A DNA stretch of 46,366 nt from the NCBI GenBank assembly GCA_039738615.1, contig JBCLLP010000003.1, forward strand, positions 1-46,366, given 5' to 3'. A program made the translations under genes and the position numbers. Below are positions 16,906 through 27,303 of the stretch, piece by piece. The stretch's first letter is position 1; each line of letters begins with the position of its first letter. Source of the stretch: Candidatus Saccharimonadia bacterium (lineage in GTDB: Bacteria > Patescibacteriota > Saccharimonadia > CAILAD01 > BJGX01). Below the pieces are notes generated by a model that was not told where the DNA came from, did not search any database, and was given only the letters and a program-made list of their open reading frames with translations.

Positions 16906-17973
16906 ATGAGCACTATCGATAACAACATCATAGACAACACCCGAGCCGAGCTGGAATCCTTATCAGCTCAGTTAGCTGACCCTAAATTGTACACTAGCCC
17001 CAACTCTAGCAAGCTAGTCAATAGGCAGCGAGAGCTGACTGACAAGCTGGCCTTATTTGAGCAAGTCAAAAAAGCTCAAGGTGATTTAGCGACTGCTACC
17101 CAAATGCAAGCCGAACCCAAAATGAAAGACTTTGCCACCGAAGAAGTGCTACGCTTAAATATTGAGATAGAGCGTCTTGAAGATAAAGTTAAGTTAGCCC
17201 TAATTCCAGTTGATCCTAATGATAACAAGAACGCCATAATTGAAATCCGAGCTGGTGCTGGGGGTGATGAAAGCAGTATATTTGCAGGTGATCTACTGCG
17301 GATGTATGCCCGCTATTGCGAGGATAATGGCCTCAAGCTCCAATTACTGAGCGAAAGTCCTAACCCAGTGGGTGGATACAAGGAGGTTATCGCCCAAATC
17401 AGCGGTGCGTCTCCTTATGGTGTGCTCAAATACGAGTCAGGCGTGCACCGCGTCCAGCGGGTACCTGTGACTGAGAGTGCTGGGCGAATTCACACCAGCA
17501 CCGCTACAGTGGCGGTCTTGCCTGAGGCCCAAGAGCAAGATATAGAAATTAACAATAATGAACTCCGTATAGATGTCTATCGCAGTAGTGGTCATGGAGG
17601 GCAAAGTGTAAATACCACCGATAGCGCTGTGCGTATCACGCACCTTCCCTCTGGAATTGTTGTAACTTGTCAGGATGAAAAATCCCAGCTTAAGAACAAG
17701 CTCAAGGCTATGAGTGTCTTGCGATCTAGGCTTTTAGATAGGCGTGAACAGGAAGCAGCTAAAAAACTCGGCGATCAGCGCCGCGGCCAAATTGGTACAG
17801 GTGATAGGAGTGAAAAGATCCGTACCTACAATTTTCCCCAGGACCGAGTAAGCGACCACCGTATTGGCTATACTACTCATAATCTAAATAAAATTATGGA
17901 TGGGGGTATCGGTGAGTTACTTAACGCCCTGAGCAATGCAGCCAACCAAAAATCTCTATCCGAGAATATATGA
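16906..17973 (+). CDS. prfA: Peptide chain release factor 1
   Basis: [22 protein letters not shown] (PxT), GGQSVN, RTYNFPQ.R. Confidence 0.97.
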   Translation: MSTIDNNIIDNTRAELESLSAQLADPKLYTSPNSSKLVNRQRELTDKLALFEQVKKAQGDLATATQMQAEPKMKDFATEEVLRLNIEIERLEDKVKLALIPVDPNDNKNAIIEIRAGAGGDESSIFAGDLLRMYARYCEDNGLKLQLLSESPNPVGGYKEVIAQISGASPYGVLKYESGVHRVQRVPVTESAGRIHTSTATVAVLPEAQEQDIEINNNELRIDVYRSSGHGGQSVNTTDSAVRITHLPSGIVVTCQDEKSQLKNKLKAMSVLRSRLLDRREQEAAKKLGDQRRGQIGTGDRSEKIRTYNFPQDRVSDHRIGYTTHNLNKIMDGGIGELLNALSNAANQKSLSENI

Positions 17974-18794
17974 ACATTAGGGAGGCTCTACTAAAAGCCC
18001 AGGAAAGGCTTGTGGCTGCCAAAATCAGCAACCCTCGGCTAGACTCAGAAATACTCCTAGCCGATAGCCTAGCTCGCACCAGAGAGTGGCTGATAACTAG
18101 CGACGATTACACCCTAACCATCGATCAGCAAAAAAGCTATGATGGGCGTATTTTACGCCGTGTTGCCCGTGAGCCTGTCTGCTATATTACCAACAAATTA
18201 GAGTTTTATGGCATTGAATTATATATTGATAACAGAGTCCTGTCTCCCCGTATTGAAACCGAGCTAATAGCCGAGCAGGCCATTAAAAACGCACCTCGTA
18301 ATTCCGCCCTGATAGATATCGGGACAGGAAGTGGGGCAATAGCAATTGCCATTGCCAAGCACCGCCCAGACCTTAGCATTGTTGCTACCGAAATATCAAA
18401 TGGCGCCCTAGATGTTGCCATACTCAATGCCAACAATATCCTTAGCCAAAACCATAGTATTGTCTTTGTTATATCAGATATATGGGCTGGAATCAATCAA
18501 CGCTACGACACGGTAGTTACTAACCTCCCTTATGTTTCAAGGGATTATCTCCCCCAGATGATGCCAGAGGTAACCAAGGAGCCCGCTATAGCGCTATATG
18601 GGGGTAAGGGCGATGGCTTACAATTATACCGCCGATTCTACCAGGGCCTTACCAACCATCTAGCAAGCTCGGCGCTAGTCTACCACGAGTCAGATCCCTG
18701 GCAACATCAGCAGCTAATTGAGCTTGCCAGATCATTGGGGCTTAGGCTAGTATTTGAGCAGTATTTGATTCTCGGCTTCAGTAGCCAAACATAA
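17970..18794 (+). CDS. prmC: Release factor glutamine methyltransferase
   Basis: [26 protein letters not shown]; overlaps the prfA stop. Confidence 0.93.
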   Translation: MNIREALLKAQERLVAAKISNPRLDSEILLADSLARTREWLITSDDYTLTIDQQKSYDGRILRRVAREPVCYITNKLEFYGIELYIDNRVLSPRIETELIAEQAIKNAPRNSALIDIGTGSGAIAIAIAKHRPDLSIVATEISNGALDVAILNANNILSQNHSIVFVISDIWAGINQRYDTVVTNLPYVSRDYLPQMMPEVTKEPAIALYGGKGDGLQLYRRFYQGLTNHLASSALVYHESDPWQHQQLIELARSLGLRLVFEQYLILGFSSQT

Positions 18795-18872
18795 GTACCC
18801 TTACCCAGAGGGCAACAGTCAAAGTCGCGGGTGCCTTTCATTTATTGGCTGGCAACCACCCCAGGGCTAGCT

Positions 18873-19688
18873 CTAGCCGATGCTAGTCCAGCGATTAAAT
18901 AGCAATACTGCCACAAAAACAACTATTGTAACTGTCAGATACTCAAACACAATGCTTTTTTTGAGTGTCCGCTTTTTATAGTGATAATATATTCCGCCCC
19001 AGCCATAGGCTAGTGATGTGATGATGGCTGAAAACTGTGAAATAATGAGAGGAATATGAGGTATTTGATATAGTACAGTCCATCTTGATGCCAGCCAGGC
19101 CAGCTCTACTACCAGCAATCCCCATATGGCTGCAAGAATTTGTGGATTACTGGTAAAGTCTAGCAGCCACCAAAGTGCAATTAATGAATTGACTGCCCAC
19201 AGGAGTAGCATTACTAGCACTACTGGCCAGTGCCAATACGCCGTTAGTAAGCTAGCAAATGAGGTACTAACCAGAATAGATAATACTGCCAGGGCATTAT
19301 CAAGTATGATATTAGGCTCGGCTTGAATTTCTAGATGGCACAATAGGCCATATACTAGCGCACAAAACGCCATGCAAATTAAAAATACCACTGGAGGTGT
19401 ATTGGTGATGTCATAGATAGTATAAAAATAAAACATACTGATAATAACCCACAGCAATGGCCTGAGTGACTTAGTAATAATAGCTCTCGGCTTAGTGGTC
19501 ACTAAAATTCGCCGAAACAAAAGGTAATTAATAGCCATTAGCAATGGAATTGCCAATAGGGGATATGGCGTGGAATAAAAAACTCCCATCGCAGACACTG
19601 CTATCAGCACACTAATGACTACTATCAAGCGCTGTCCCTGAGAAAAGAGATTTATTCTTTTAATTGCTGTTTTGAAGCTCATAATCAT
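18873..19688 (-). CDS. Hypothetical polytopic membrane protein
   Basis: About 9 hydrophobic segments; overlaps the end of the LCP gene. Confidence 0.75.
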   Translation of the reverse strand: MIMSFKTAIKRINLFSQGQRLIVVISVLIAVSAMGVFYSTPYPLLAIPLLMAINYLLFRRILVTTKPRAIITKSLRPLLWVIISMFYFYTIYDITNTPPVVFLICMAFCALVYGLLCHLEIQAEPNIILDNALAVLSILVSTSFASLLTAYWHWPVVLVMLLLWAVNSLIALWWLLDFTSNPQILAAIWGLLVVELAWLASRWTVLYQIPHIPLIISQFSAIITSLAYGWGGIYYHYKKRTLKKSIVFEYLTVTIVVFVAVLLFNRWTSIG

Positions 19689-21048
19689 CTCCTAATATTA
19701 TCGTTATGTCCGCTTGGCTGGCAGCCGTGTTGTCGGCCTTCTGGCTGGAGGTCTTTAATCGATTTTCGAGGTATTTTAGCGTATAGGGCTTGCCCTTATT
19801 GACATTATCTATGAGCTTAGTAGCACTGCCCCCACCTTCCATAATAGAGCTAACCTTAACGACATTATACCCTAATGATTTTAAAATTACAGCTAGCGCA
19901 TAGCTGGTACTAGGCTTGGCACTGCCAGTCCTTATCTCGACCTTAGCAGATTCGCTCTTGACATAGCCGTCTATAAATAAGCTACTCACAAAGGAACGAA
20001 TGGCTTTATAATTGCCTATGCCAGCTGTCGGTATTACTACGCTCTCCCCGCCAATAATGCTGTTTTTGACAAGTCCCTCATCCTGAGCATCAAGCACCCT
20101 GCTGGTAATCTCGTTAGAGTTAATTTTGCCTCCCAGCTCAATCAAGCGCTTCATCTCCTCTAGGCCAATATCGGTTCGCAGGTGACCTCCGGCAATACTA
20201 ACTAGCTCGCTGGCCTTAGCGGGGTTAAGTATATTACCTAGCCGAAGTGCTTGATCGCGCAAAGCTACCACCACGGACTGCTGGCGTTTAGCACGCCCAT
20301 AATCATCACCACAATTACCCTTACGACAACGGGCATATTTTAATGCCAGAGGTCCGTCCATATGATAATACCCACTCTTAAGCTTAAACCCACAGGACAA
20401 GCTCTCGTTACGATCACAGGGGTATTCTGAATCATAAAGATCGTAGGCATTATAGATATCTATCCCACCAATTGCATCTACTGCCGAGCGCAAACCGCTA
20501 AAATCTACCCTAGCAAAATAATGAATTGGCTGATCAATAAGCTCGCTGACTGTTTTTACTGCTAATGCCGGGCCATCGCCGAGCTTTTGTTGTTCACCAA
20601 AGGCGTGAGCGGTGTTAATTTTATTGAAACCATAGCCCGGTATCTTGACATACAAATCACGCGGTATGCCTAGCATTGCTACATCATATGACTTGGGATC
20701 GATGCTGGCTACTATCATAGTGTCCGAGAGATCCTGGCCAGCATGGCCTTCATCGCTCGTACCAAGCAATAGGATATTAACCCTGCCCTCACCCTCGCCC
20801 TTAAGTTTACTAAGCTCTAACTCACCACTTAGCCCTATGGCCATCATGCCGTCGCGATTTTGGATTACTTTATTTAGGGACAACACTGCCATAGCAGCCA
20901 GGACCCCACCTGCCAATATAGCTAGCGCCACAACACCGCCAGCTACTCGCAATGCCCAGCGATATTTTGATTTTGATTTATGCCTAGTGATGATGCTCTT
21001 TCCCTCAGCACTAGGATGTTTGTCCCTGAAAGACTTAAAAAATTTCAT
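19660..21048 (-). CDS. LytR-CpsA-Psr (LCP) family protein with LytR_C domain
   Basis: TM anchor, NILLLG, SDTMIV, IPRDLYV, KIN.A, AL.YAR.R, DYGRAKRQQ. Confidence 0.93.
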   Translation of the reverse strand: MKFFKSFRDKHPSAEGKSIITRHKSKSKYRWALRVAGGVVALAILAGGVLAAMAVLSLNKVIQNRDGMMAIGLSGELELSKLKGEGEGRVNILLLGTSDEGHAGQDLSDTMIVASIDPKSYDVAMLGIPRDLYVKIPGYGFNKINTAHAFGEQQKLGDGPALAVKTVSELIDQPIHYFARVDFSGLRSAVDAIGGIDIYNAYDLYDSEYPCDRNESLSCGFKLKSGYYHMDGPLALKYARCRKGNCGDDYGRAKRQQSVVVALRDQALRLGNILNPAKASELVSIAGGHLRTDIGLEEMKRLIELGGKINSNEITSRVLDAQDEGLVKNSIIGGESVVIPTAGIGNYKAIRSFVSSLFIDGYVKSESAKVEIRTGSAKPSTSYALAVILKSLGYNVVKVSSIMEGGGSATKLIDNVNKGKPYTLKYLENRLKTSSQKADNTAASQADITIILGDDYELQNSN

Positions 21049-21146
21049 ATTTTCTAATTATAGGTTATATATAACATCTAATAAATACTATTTTGTGTTT
21101 TTATGGCTATATATAAATACTCTCGTGCTTGCTATACTAGGTATTA

Positions 21147-21974
21147 ATGGAAAAAAATACAAACCAACCAGAAGAACCAGATTTTACTGCCCGCCTAGAT
21201 GAGTCCGATTTGCTTAAGCCAGGCACCAATGTAGCGCCCAATGCCACAGCCAATGGTGGTGACGGCGACGATGATGTATCGCCCAAGACCAAACATGGCG
21301 ATATTGAAAAGGACGTCGTAGAATATAATAAATTTGCCCAAGCTCAGCTAGAGCAAGCCGGGAGTTTTGAAGCCAAACCCAGCCATTCGGCCATGCATAT
21401 CATTTGGGAGCTAGCTAAGACAGTACTTATTGCAGTGGGGGTGATAATCTTTGTCAATACCTTTATATTTCAAGCTTACTATGTGGCTGGTGCTAGTATG
21501 AGCCCAGATTTCCATGATGGTGACTACCTATTAATTAATAAGATTCCCATGTCATTACACAGCCTGACTAGCCTTTTGGGTGATAAATCAGGGCCAAATA
21601 TTAATCGTGGTGATGTGCTAGTTTTTAAGCCGCCAGAGAATAAAAAGCTGTTTTTTATAAAAAGAGTCTTAGCGCTGCCTGGTGAGAGAATAACTCTTAA
21701 GGCTGGTGTCTTTACTGTCTATAATAATGAGCACCCTACCGGCTTTGTGCTACATGAACAATATATTGACCCTCATTATAAAACTCAGTTCGAGATTGAT
21801 GAGGTAGTAGCGCCTGGCAATCTGTTCATGGTAGGCGACAATAGAGCACCGGGCGCAAGCTCTGACTCCCGATCTTGGGGTCAGCTATCAGAAAAAGATA
21901 TTTCTGGCGTAGCTTTCTTTAGATTGCTGCCCTTAAGCAATATCGGCGTAATTGGTAACCCCCCGTACAAATAA
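21147..21974 (+). CDS. lepB: Signal peptidase I with acidic N-terminal extension
   Basis: G.SM.P, RGDVLVF, FIKRVLALPGE, GDNR…S.DSR.WG. Confidence 0.93.
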   Translation: MEKNTNQPEEPDFTARLDESDLLKPGTNVAPNATANGGDGDDDVSPKTKHGDIEKDVVEYNKFAQAQLEQAGSFEAKPSHSAMHIIWELAKTVLIAVGVIIFVNTFIFQAYYVAGASMSPDFHDGDYLLINKIPMSLHSLTSLLGDKSGPNINRGDVLVFKPPENKKLFFIKRVLALPGERITLKAGVFTVYNNEHPTGFVLHEQYIDPHYKTQFEIDEVVAPGNLFMVGDNRAPGASSDSRSWGQLSEKDISGVAFFRLLPLSNIGVIGNPPYK

Positions 21975-21979
21975 TGTAG

Positions 21980-22873
21980 CTATTGCTGGCCTTGTATCTG
22001 CCCAGCAATACGGTGGAGTTCTTCCTCGGAATAATATTCAATAATTAACCTTCCGCCCTTAGCCGTCTTATGGACATTGACCTTGGTTCCAAGGTGCTTG
22101 CCGAGGCTAGTAGTTAGCGCTGCATATTCGGTACGGATTTGCTTGGCCTTGGCGGGCTTTTCATTTATATTGCCTGACTTAAATCTACGGGCTGCTTCCT
22201 CCGCCTCACGCACCGTTAGCTTAGAGCTAATGATTACCTCTAACAGTTGCACTTGCTGGGATTGGTCGCTCAAAGATAGAATAGCTCGAGCATGACCTTC
22301 GGTAATTTGATCGTTTTGTAATGACAGCTTGGCTGCATAGGGCAAATTCACTAGGCGAATAGTATTAGAGACTGTTGAGGATCCCTTGCTAACCCTCTGA
22401 GCTATTTGTCCATGTGTCATGTTAAATTGCTCAATGAGCTTAATATAGGCTATGGCCACTTCAAGTGGTTTAAGCTCCGAGCGCTGGATATTCTCTATAA
22501 TAGCTAGCTCCAACTGTTCTTGCTCGTTATATGTCCTAACTATCACCGGAACAGTCCTAAGGCCTGCCAGCTTAGAGGCCCGAAGTCGCCGTTCGCCAGC
22601 TACTAGCTGATACTTCCCGGACTCTTTCTGGATTACAATTAATGGTTGTATTACGCCATGCGTCTTAATACTCCTTGCTAGCTCACTAAGTTCGTCTTCA
22701 GAGAAGTCTTTTCTGGGCTGATGAGGATTAGCAGAAATTTTAGTAGTATCAATCTCTAGAATTTCATTAGCAGTGGCCTTAAGGGTCTGCGGTAAGCTAT
22801 CTGACACGAATTCATCCATATCTGTCGGTATTAGAGCATCCAACCCTCTGCCTAGTCTATTTGTAATTGCCAT
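21980..22873 (-). CDS. parB: Chromosome partitioning protein ParB
   Basis: LGRGLDAL, NPHQPR, AGERRLRA, IENIQR, HTH, GHARA. Confidence 0.96.
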   Translation of the reverse strand: MAITNRLGRGLDALIPTDMDEFVSDSLPQTLKATANEILEIDTTKISANPHQPRKDFSEDELSELARSIKTHGVIQPLIVIQKESGKYQLVAGERRLRASKLAGLRTVPVIVRTYNEQEQLELAIIENIQRSELKPLEVAIAYIKLIEQFNMTHGQIAQRVSKGSSTVSNTIRLVNLPYAAKLSLQNDQITEGHARAILSLSDQSQQVQLLEVIISSKLTVREAEEAARRFKSGNINEKPAKAKQIRTEYAALTTSLGKHLGTKVNVHKTAKGGRLIIEYYSEEELHRIAGQIQGQQ

Positions 22874-23640
22874 TATGCCAACCTCTTTTCTATTTCCTGT
22901 GCTAATTTTTTGTAAGCCTGGGCGCCTTTAGAGAATCTATCATATTCATATATTGGTCTGCCGTGGCTTGGGGCTTCTGCTAATCGTATATTGCGGGGTA
23001 CTACGGTGTCAAATAATTTAGCTGGAAAATGTTTGCGCAGCTCTGCCAGAACTTGCTCCCCAAGGCTAGTTCGGCGATTATGCATAGTTACCACGACTCC
23101 CAATATATCTAGTTGCTTATTAAGCCCACCCCTAACCCTCTTAATTGTGTTTAGTAATTCTGAGAGGCCCTCCAGGGCATAATACTCACTCTGGACTGGT
23201 ATTAGAACATAATTACTAGCTACTAGGCCATTGAGTGTTAGTAAGCCTAGCGATGGGGGGCTATCTATGATAATGATTTCATAATCCAATTCACTCAATG
23301 CCCTGGCAAGCACTCTCTCGCGATTGTCAACAGCGCTAAGCTCAACTTCGGCGGCGGCAAGGTTGGAATTAGATGGCAATAAATCTAGATTAGGAACATT
23401 AGTTTTGACGATGCAAGTGCTGGCGGGTTTACCATTAACTAGCACATCATAAATGCTTGCTTGTAATTTATTCTTATCTATAGCCAGACCACTGGTAGTA
23501 TTACCCTGTGCGTCAAGATCCACCAATAATACCTTGTGGCCGAACCTGGCTAAATAGGCCGAGCTATTGATAGCGGTAGTTGTCTTGCCTACTCCTCCCT
23601 TTTGATTGGCGATAGTAATTATTTTAGTTATCTTGTCCAT
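22873..23640 (-). CDS. parA: Chromosome partitioning ATPase ParA/Soj
   Basis: NQKGGVGKTT, DLDAQGN, DSPPSLG, LAEAPSHG. Confidence 0.97.
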   Translation of the reverse strand: MDKITKIITIANQKGGVGKTTTAINSSAYLARFGHKVLLVDLDAQGNTTSGLAIDKNKLQASIYDVLVNGKPASTCIVKTNVPNLDLLPSNSNLAAAEVELSAVDNRERVLARALSELDYEIIIIDSPPSLGLLTLNGLVASNYVLIPVQSEYYALEGLSELLNTIKRVRGGLNKQLDILGVVVTMHNRRTSLGEQVLAELRKHFPAKLFDTVVPRNIRLAEAPSHGRPIYEYDRFSKGAQAYKKLAQEIEKRLA

Positions 23641-23676
23641 TGGTATTATTATAGCAGTTTTAGGACACGATCATTA

Positions 23677-23838
23677 ACTGGACATACTTTAAAATCGCTC
23701 ATTCCCAGGGTAAATCTGGCCGAGTGAAAACTGTTTTATCTGAAGGAGAAGTATCCGTAGATACATCAAGAGAAGAAAAACAGTTTGTAGCCGGTCAGAT
23801 TTGGCCTAGGGAGTAGGGAGCTTTAAGGTAAGTCTAGT
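23677..23838 (+). repeat. Palindromic element copy 3, 162 bp, flanked by TA on both sides
   Basis: Near-identical to 14698-14859; lies between divergent parA and rplU. Confidence 0.9.
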
Positions 23839-23843
23839 TATGC

Positions 23844-23873
23844 TTTACATATCTGGCATATTTATGATATAAT
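23844..23873 (+). promoter_or_regulatory. rplU promoter TTTACA-18-TATAAT (extended TG)
   Basis: -35 at 23844-23849; TGATATAAT ends at 23873. Confidence 0.6.
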
Positions 23874-23913
23874 TCGTAAATTATAATTATAACTAATCAA
23901 AGGATAAGCAGTA

Positions 23914-24228
23914 ATGATAGCCGTGATTGAGTCAGGTGCAAAACAATATATGGTAGAAAAGGGCCACAAAATCGAGGCCGAATTATTGCACTCCGATAAA
24001 GATGCGGTAGAATTCCAGCCTATGCTTATTATCGATGGGGATAACATCCAAATTGGCAGGCCAAATGTAGAGAATACCGTAGTAAAAGCTAAAATTATTG
24101 AGGCCGATATGAAGGCAGATAAGCTGAAAATCCTAAAATACAAGGCCAAGAAGCGCCAAAAAACCCTAACTGGTCATCGCCAGCGCCACACAATTTTAGA
24201 AATCACTGAAATTACAATCATAAAATAA
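23914..24228 (+). CDS. rplU: 50S ribosomal protein L21
   Basis: AVIESGAKQY.V, IG.P.V, KYKAKKR…GHRQ. Confidence 0.95.
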   Translation: MIAVIESGAKQYMVEKGHKIEAELLHSDKDAVEFQPMLIIDGDNIQIGRPNVENTVVKAKIIEADMKADKLKILKYKAKKRQKTLTGHRQRHTILEITEITIIK

Positions 24229-24274
24229 ACATATAATTAGCTTGCGTAGACTATGGCGCTTAAAAGGACGTTTT

Positions 24275-25210
24275 TTATTTGGACTCGATATAGCGTTCGG
24301 CCTCTAGCGCAGCCCTACATCCATCACCAGCAGCAGTAATAGCCTGGCGATAGTGCGGATCTACCACATCACCTGCAGCAAACACACCACTAATAGTAGT
24401 AAGGACGTTTCTTTTAACAAATAAATACCCAGCGGCATCCATCTCTAAGGTTCCTTTAAATAGTGATGTGGCGGGGGTGTGGCCAATCGCCACAAACAAT
24501 CCATCGCAGCGAATTTTTGATTGTTTGCCCGTTAGGGTACCCTTAAGCCTAACTCCCTCTACCTTGTTTTTGCCCAGCACCTCTACCACGCTATTATTCC
24601 AGACAACTTCTATTTTTTCGTGGCCCAATACTCTCTCTTGCATAATCTTGCTTGCTCTAAATTGGTCACGACGATGCACAATAGTGACTTTACTAGCAAA
24701 TTTAGCAAGGGTCAGAGCCTCCTCCATAGCACTATCCCCACCTCCCACAACTACTATTGGCATGTCCTGGAAAAAATATGCATCACAGGTAGCACAAGAG
24801 GATATGCCCTTACCCATTAATCTCTGCTCACTTTCAAGGCCCAGCCAATTAGCGCTGGCGCCTGTAGCAATAATAATTGTCCTAGCCAGATACTCCTCCT
24901 TACCTATAAAAACCTTCTTGGGCTGTCCACCTAACTCAACCTTAGTAGTAAGCTCGTAAATTATTTTGGCTCCAAACCTTAAGGCCTGAGCCTTCATCTC
25001 GTCCATTAGCTCTGGGCCCATTATGCCATTTTTAAAACCTGGGAAATTCTCCACCTCACTAGTAAGCAACAGCTGCCCGCCTGGTGTTGGGCCTACAACC
25101 ATCAAACATTTTAGCTTTGCTCTAGCGGCATAAATAGCTGCCGTGTAGCCAGCTGGGCCAGCTCCGACTATGATTATATCGTATTTCTTTGAGATTTTTT
25201 GTTTGGTCAT
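24275..25210 (-). CDS. trxB: Thioredoxin reductase
   Basis: GAGPAG, VENFPG, CATCD, GGGDSAMEE, GD…YRQAITAAG. Start moved to ATG 25210. Confidence 0.96.
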   Translation of the reverse strand: MTKQKISKKYDIIIVGAGPAGYTAAIYAARAKLKCLMVVGPTPGGQLLLTSEVENFPGFKNGIMGPELMDEMKAQALRFGAKIIYELTTKVELGGQPKKVFIGKEEYLARTIIIATGASANWLGLESEQRLMGKGISSCATCDAYFFQDMPIVVVGGGDSAMEEALTLAKFASKVTIVHRRDQFRASKIMQERVLGHEKIEVVWNNSVVEVLGKNKVEGVRLKGTLTGKQSKIRCDGLFVAIGHTPATSLFKGTLEMDAAGYLFVKRNVLTTISGVFAAGDVVDPHYRQAITAAGDGCRAALEAERYIESK

Positions 25211-25313
25211 TATAGCTATATTATACCAAATAATTATCATAAATTATTACTAACCCATTAACTAAATTGTAAGATTCCCATCTAAGCTAGTTATTTTTTG
25301 CTACAATACTTTA

Positions 25314-26489
25314 ATGCAAAAGCTCTCTAGCCAACAAGCAAAAGCCCTAACTGCTATCGGTAGCTGGCTAAAGGCCTATAATAATGGCGGGATTCAGTAC
25401 CTCACTCTAGGAGGGTATGCTGGTACGGGTAAAACTACTTTGCTAGCGGTATTGCGCAAGGTCTTAATGGATAATTTACCAGACATGAAGGTGGGTTTTG
25501 CGGCATTTACAGGCAAGGCCGCGCTGGTACTAAGGCGCCGGCTCCGTCAAGACAAAATGCTCCATAGCGGAGATAGCGTATCTACCCTCCATAGCCTGAT
25601 GTACTTCACAGATAGCCCTACCGACGGAATACCTAAATGGCGCAGGCGCGACGAGCTAAAGGTAGATATCATAATAGTCGATGAGGCCAGTATGGTTAGT
25701 GAGGAGTTGTGGCAGGACCTACTAAGCTTTGGTAAGCCCGTACTGGCAGTCGGTGATCATGGCCAGCTCCCGCCTATTGGCAATGGCTTTAATTTAATGC
25801 TAGAGCCCAACATTAAGCTCAGCCAAATATGGCGCCAGGCTAGCGATAGCCCAATTATAACAGTCGCCTCTATGGCCAGGGAGACTGGCTTAATACCTAT
25901 TAAGTCCTACGGACCGGGCGTAGAAAAGCTCAGCCTCAGCGATCCACTAACCGGCGATGTGATAGAAGAAATATTCCAGAGCCATAACGCCGATACTCTA
26001 ATACTCTGTGGGTATAATCACACCCGCCAAAAACTCAACAGCCATATCCGCGGGCTAAAAGGCTTTCAAAGCCCCAACCCTCAGGCTAACGACTCAATAG
26101 TTTGTTTGCGTAATAACCGCGAAACAGGACTTAGCAATGGACAGCTAGGGATTGTAGAGTCAATAAGCGCCCCAGAGGATGACGAAGAAAGCCTGTGGTG
26201 GCTAATAACAGCTGATTTTGATGGTGTCAAATTTAACGGCTACTCTCCTAGAGAACAATTTGGTGCTGCTAATACCATCCAGTCCCTACCTAAAAGACCC
26301 AAGGGTGATACAATCGGTTTGTTTGATTTTGGCTACGGGCTAACGGTCCATAAGGCCCAAGGCTCTCAAGCCAAGCGAGTGCTGGTATTTGAGGAGCGCT
26401 TCAGTAAAATGACTCAAGATGAATGGCAACGCTGGCTATACACTGCCGTAACGCGCGCCGAGCAAGAACTCTACATAGTAGGGTACTAG
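25314..26489 (+). CDS. SF1B helicase, RecD/Dda-like
   Basis: GYAGTGKT, VDEASM, GDHGQLPP, TVHKAQGS, YTAVTRA. Confidence 0.92.
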   Translation: MQKLSSQQAKALTAIGSWLKAYNNGGIQYLTLGGYAGTGKTTLLAVLRKVLMDNLPDMKVGFAAFTGKAALVLRRRLRQDKMLHSGDSVSTLHSLMYFTDSPTDGIPKWRRRDELKVDIIIVDEASMVSEELWQDLLSFGKPVLAVGDHGQLPPIGNGFNLMLEPNIKLSQIWRQASDSPIITVASMARETGLIPIKSYGPGVEKLSLSDPLTGDVIEEIFQSHNADTLILCGYNHTRQKLNSHIRGLKGFQSPNPQANDSIVCLRNNRETGLSNGQLGIVESISAPEDDEESLWWLITADFDGVKFNGYSPREQFGAANTIQSLPKRPKGDTIGLFDFGYGLTVHKAQGSQAKRVLVFEERFSKMTQDEWQRWLYTAVTRAEQELYIVGY

Positions 26490-26519
26490 GCTACTATCCG
26501 CTTTTTTATGGTGCTGGCT

Positions 26520-26695
26520 TTAGGGTCTTAGGGTCCCTGCAAATATCTGCTAGGCAAGAGCTGTTTTAGCTACTAAGCTAAGGATGATATATACTCGCTC
26601 GCCATACAGATAGTTTCCCAAGGTCCCCACTTTTGGTACTGCAAGAACATATTAATAGCAAAGCAATTAAAGAAGATAAAGATAGTAACATATAT
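26520..26695 (-). pseudogene. Heliorhodopsin gene remnant (last two TM helices)
   Basis: Hand translation: IYVTIFIFFNCFAINMFLQYQKWGPW / 1-nt frameshift / NYLYGERVYIILSLVAKTALA*QIFAGTLRP*. Contains the SLVAK retinal-binding motif; in-frame TAG at 26550-26552. Confidence 0.88.
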
Positions 26696-26782
26696 CCTTC
26701 TTGCTAAAGCCTTTTAATGTTGAGCTCTAGTCCTTATAGTTACTTACTTAAGCTTATAATTTTACTGTTTATATCGTCAGGT

Positions 26783-27265
26783 CTAGCTTGAAGCTACCTG
26801 GACATACTGAGTGTTATCACACAAATAATAACTTTGGATATTATAAATATCTAGCTTGGGGAGTTTAAAATTTTTAGCTATATTAATGATATCTGCAAAT
26901 GATGTGCTCTGGGTATCCACCAGTGTAAAAACCAACACCGTTGGTAGGCTATAGTGTCGCAAATGCGTAAAGAGTTTATTAGTAAAGAAAGTCTCTATTT
27001 TGTTTAGGCGTTCGGCATGCGGTAAATTAGCAGGTATTGTTAGCTTGCACAGCTCTGGGCTATATACACACTGCACCGAGGCTTGATCGTCTGATATTAT
27101 AATGCTATCAAAGCCTAATCTACTGGCGCCCTTTGTATATACCATATCAGGATTCTCGGAGTAATATTCAAACTCCCAGTCCGAATACCTAGGGCATATC
27201 TTTTTGAATCGCTCTATTAGCTCTCGCTCGCGAAGTTTTTTGGCTAGATCTAACTCCTGTTCCAT
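26783..27265 (-). CDS. Hypothetical protein (160 aa)
   Basis: Intact ORF with -10-like TACTAT 7 nt before ATG; no confident family. Confidence 0.7.
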   Translation of the reverse strand: MEQELDLAKKLRERELIERFKKICPRYSDWEFEYYSENPDMVYTKGASRLGFDSIIISDDQASVQCVYSPELCKLTIPANLPHAERLNKIETFFTNKLFTHLRHYSLPTVLVFTLVDTQSTSFADIINIAKNFKLPKLDIYNIQSYYLCDNTQYVQVASS

Positions 27266-27303
27266 GCTACCTATAGTACAGCAATTATTGATATTATTGA
27301 TAG

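Noticed and set aside
18795-18872. GC-rich spacer between convergent prmC and membrane-protein genes as an ncRNA
   Set aside because: Only short stems, no promoter and no recognisable family.
21980-23913. parS site or replication origin near parAB
   Set aside because: No TGTTTCACGTGAAACA-like palindrome or DnaA-box cluster seen by eye.
26578-26690. 37-aa lipoprotein-like ORF MLLSLSSLIALLLICSC… on the minus strand
   Set aside because: It is an alternative frame over the heliorhodopsin remnant, and its hydrophobicity is explained by that. An AAGGA lies just upstream, so translation is not strictly excluded.
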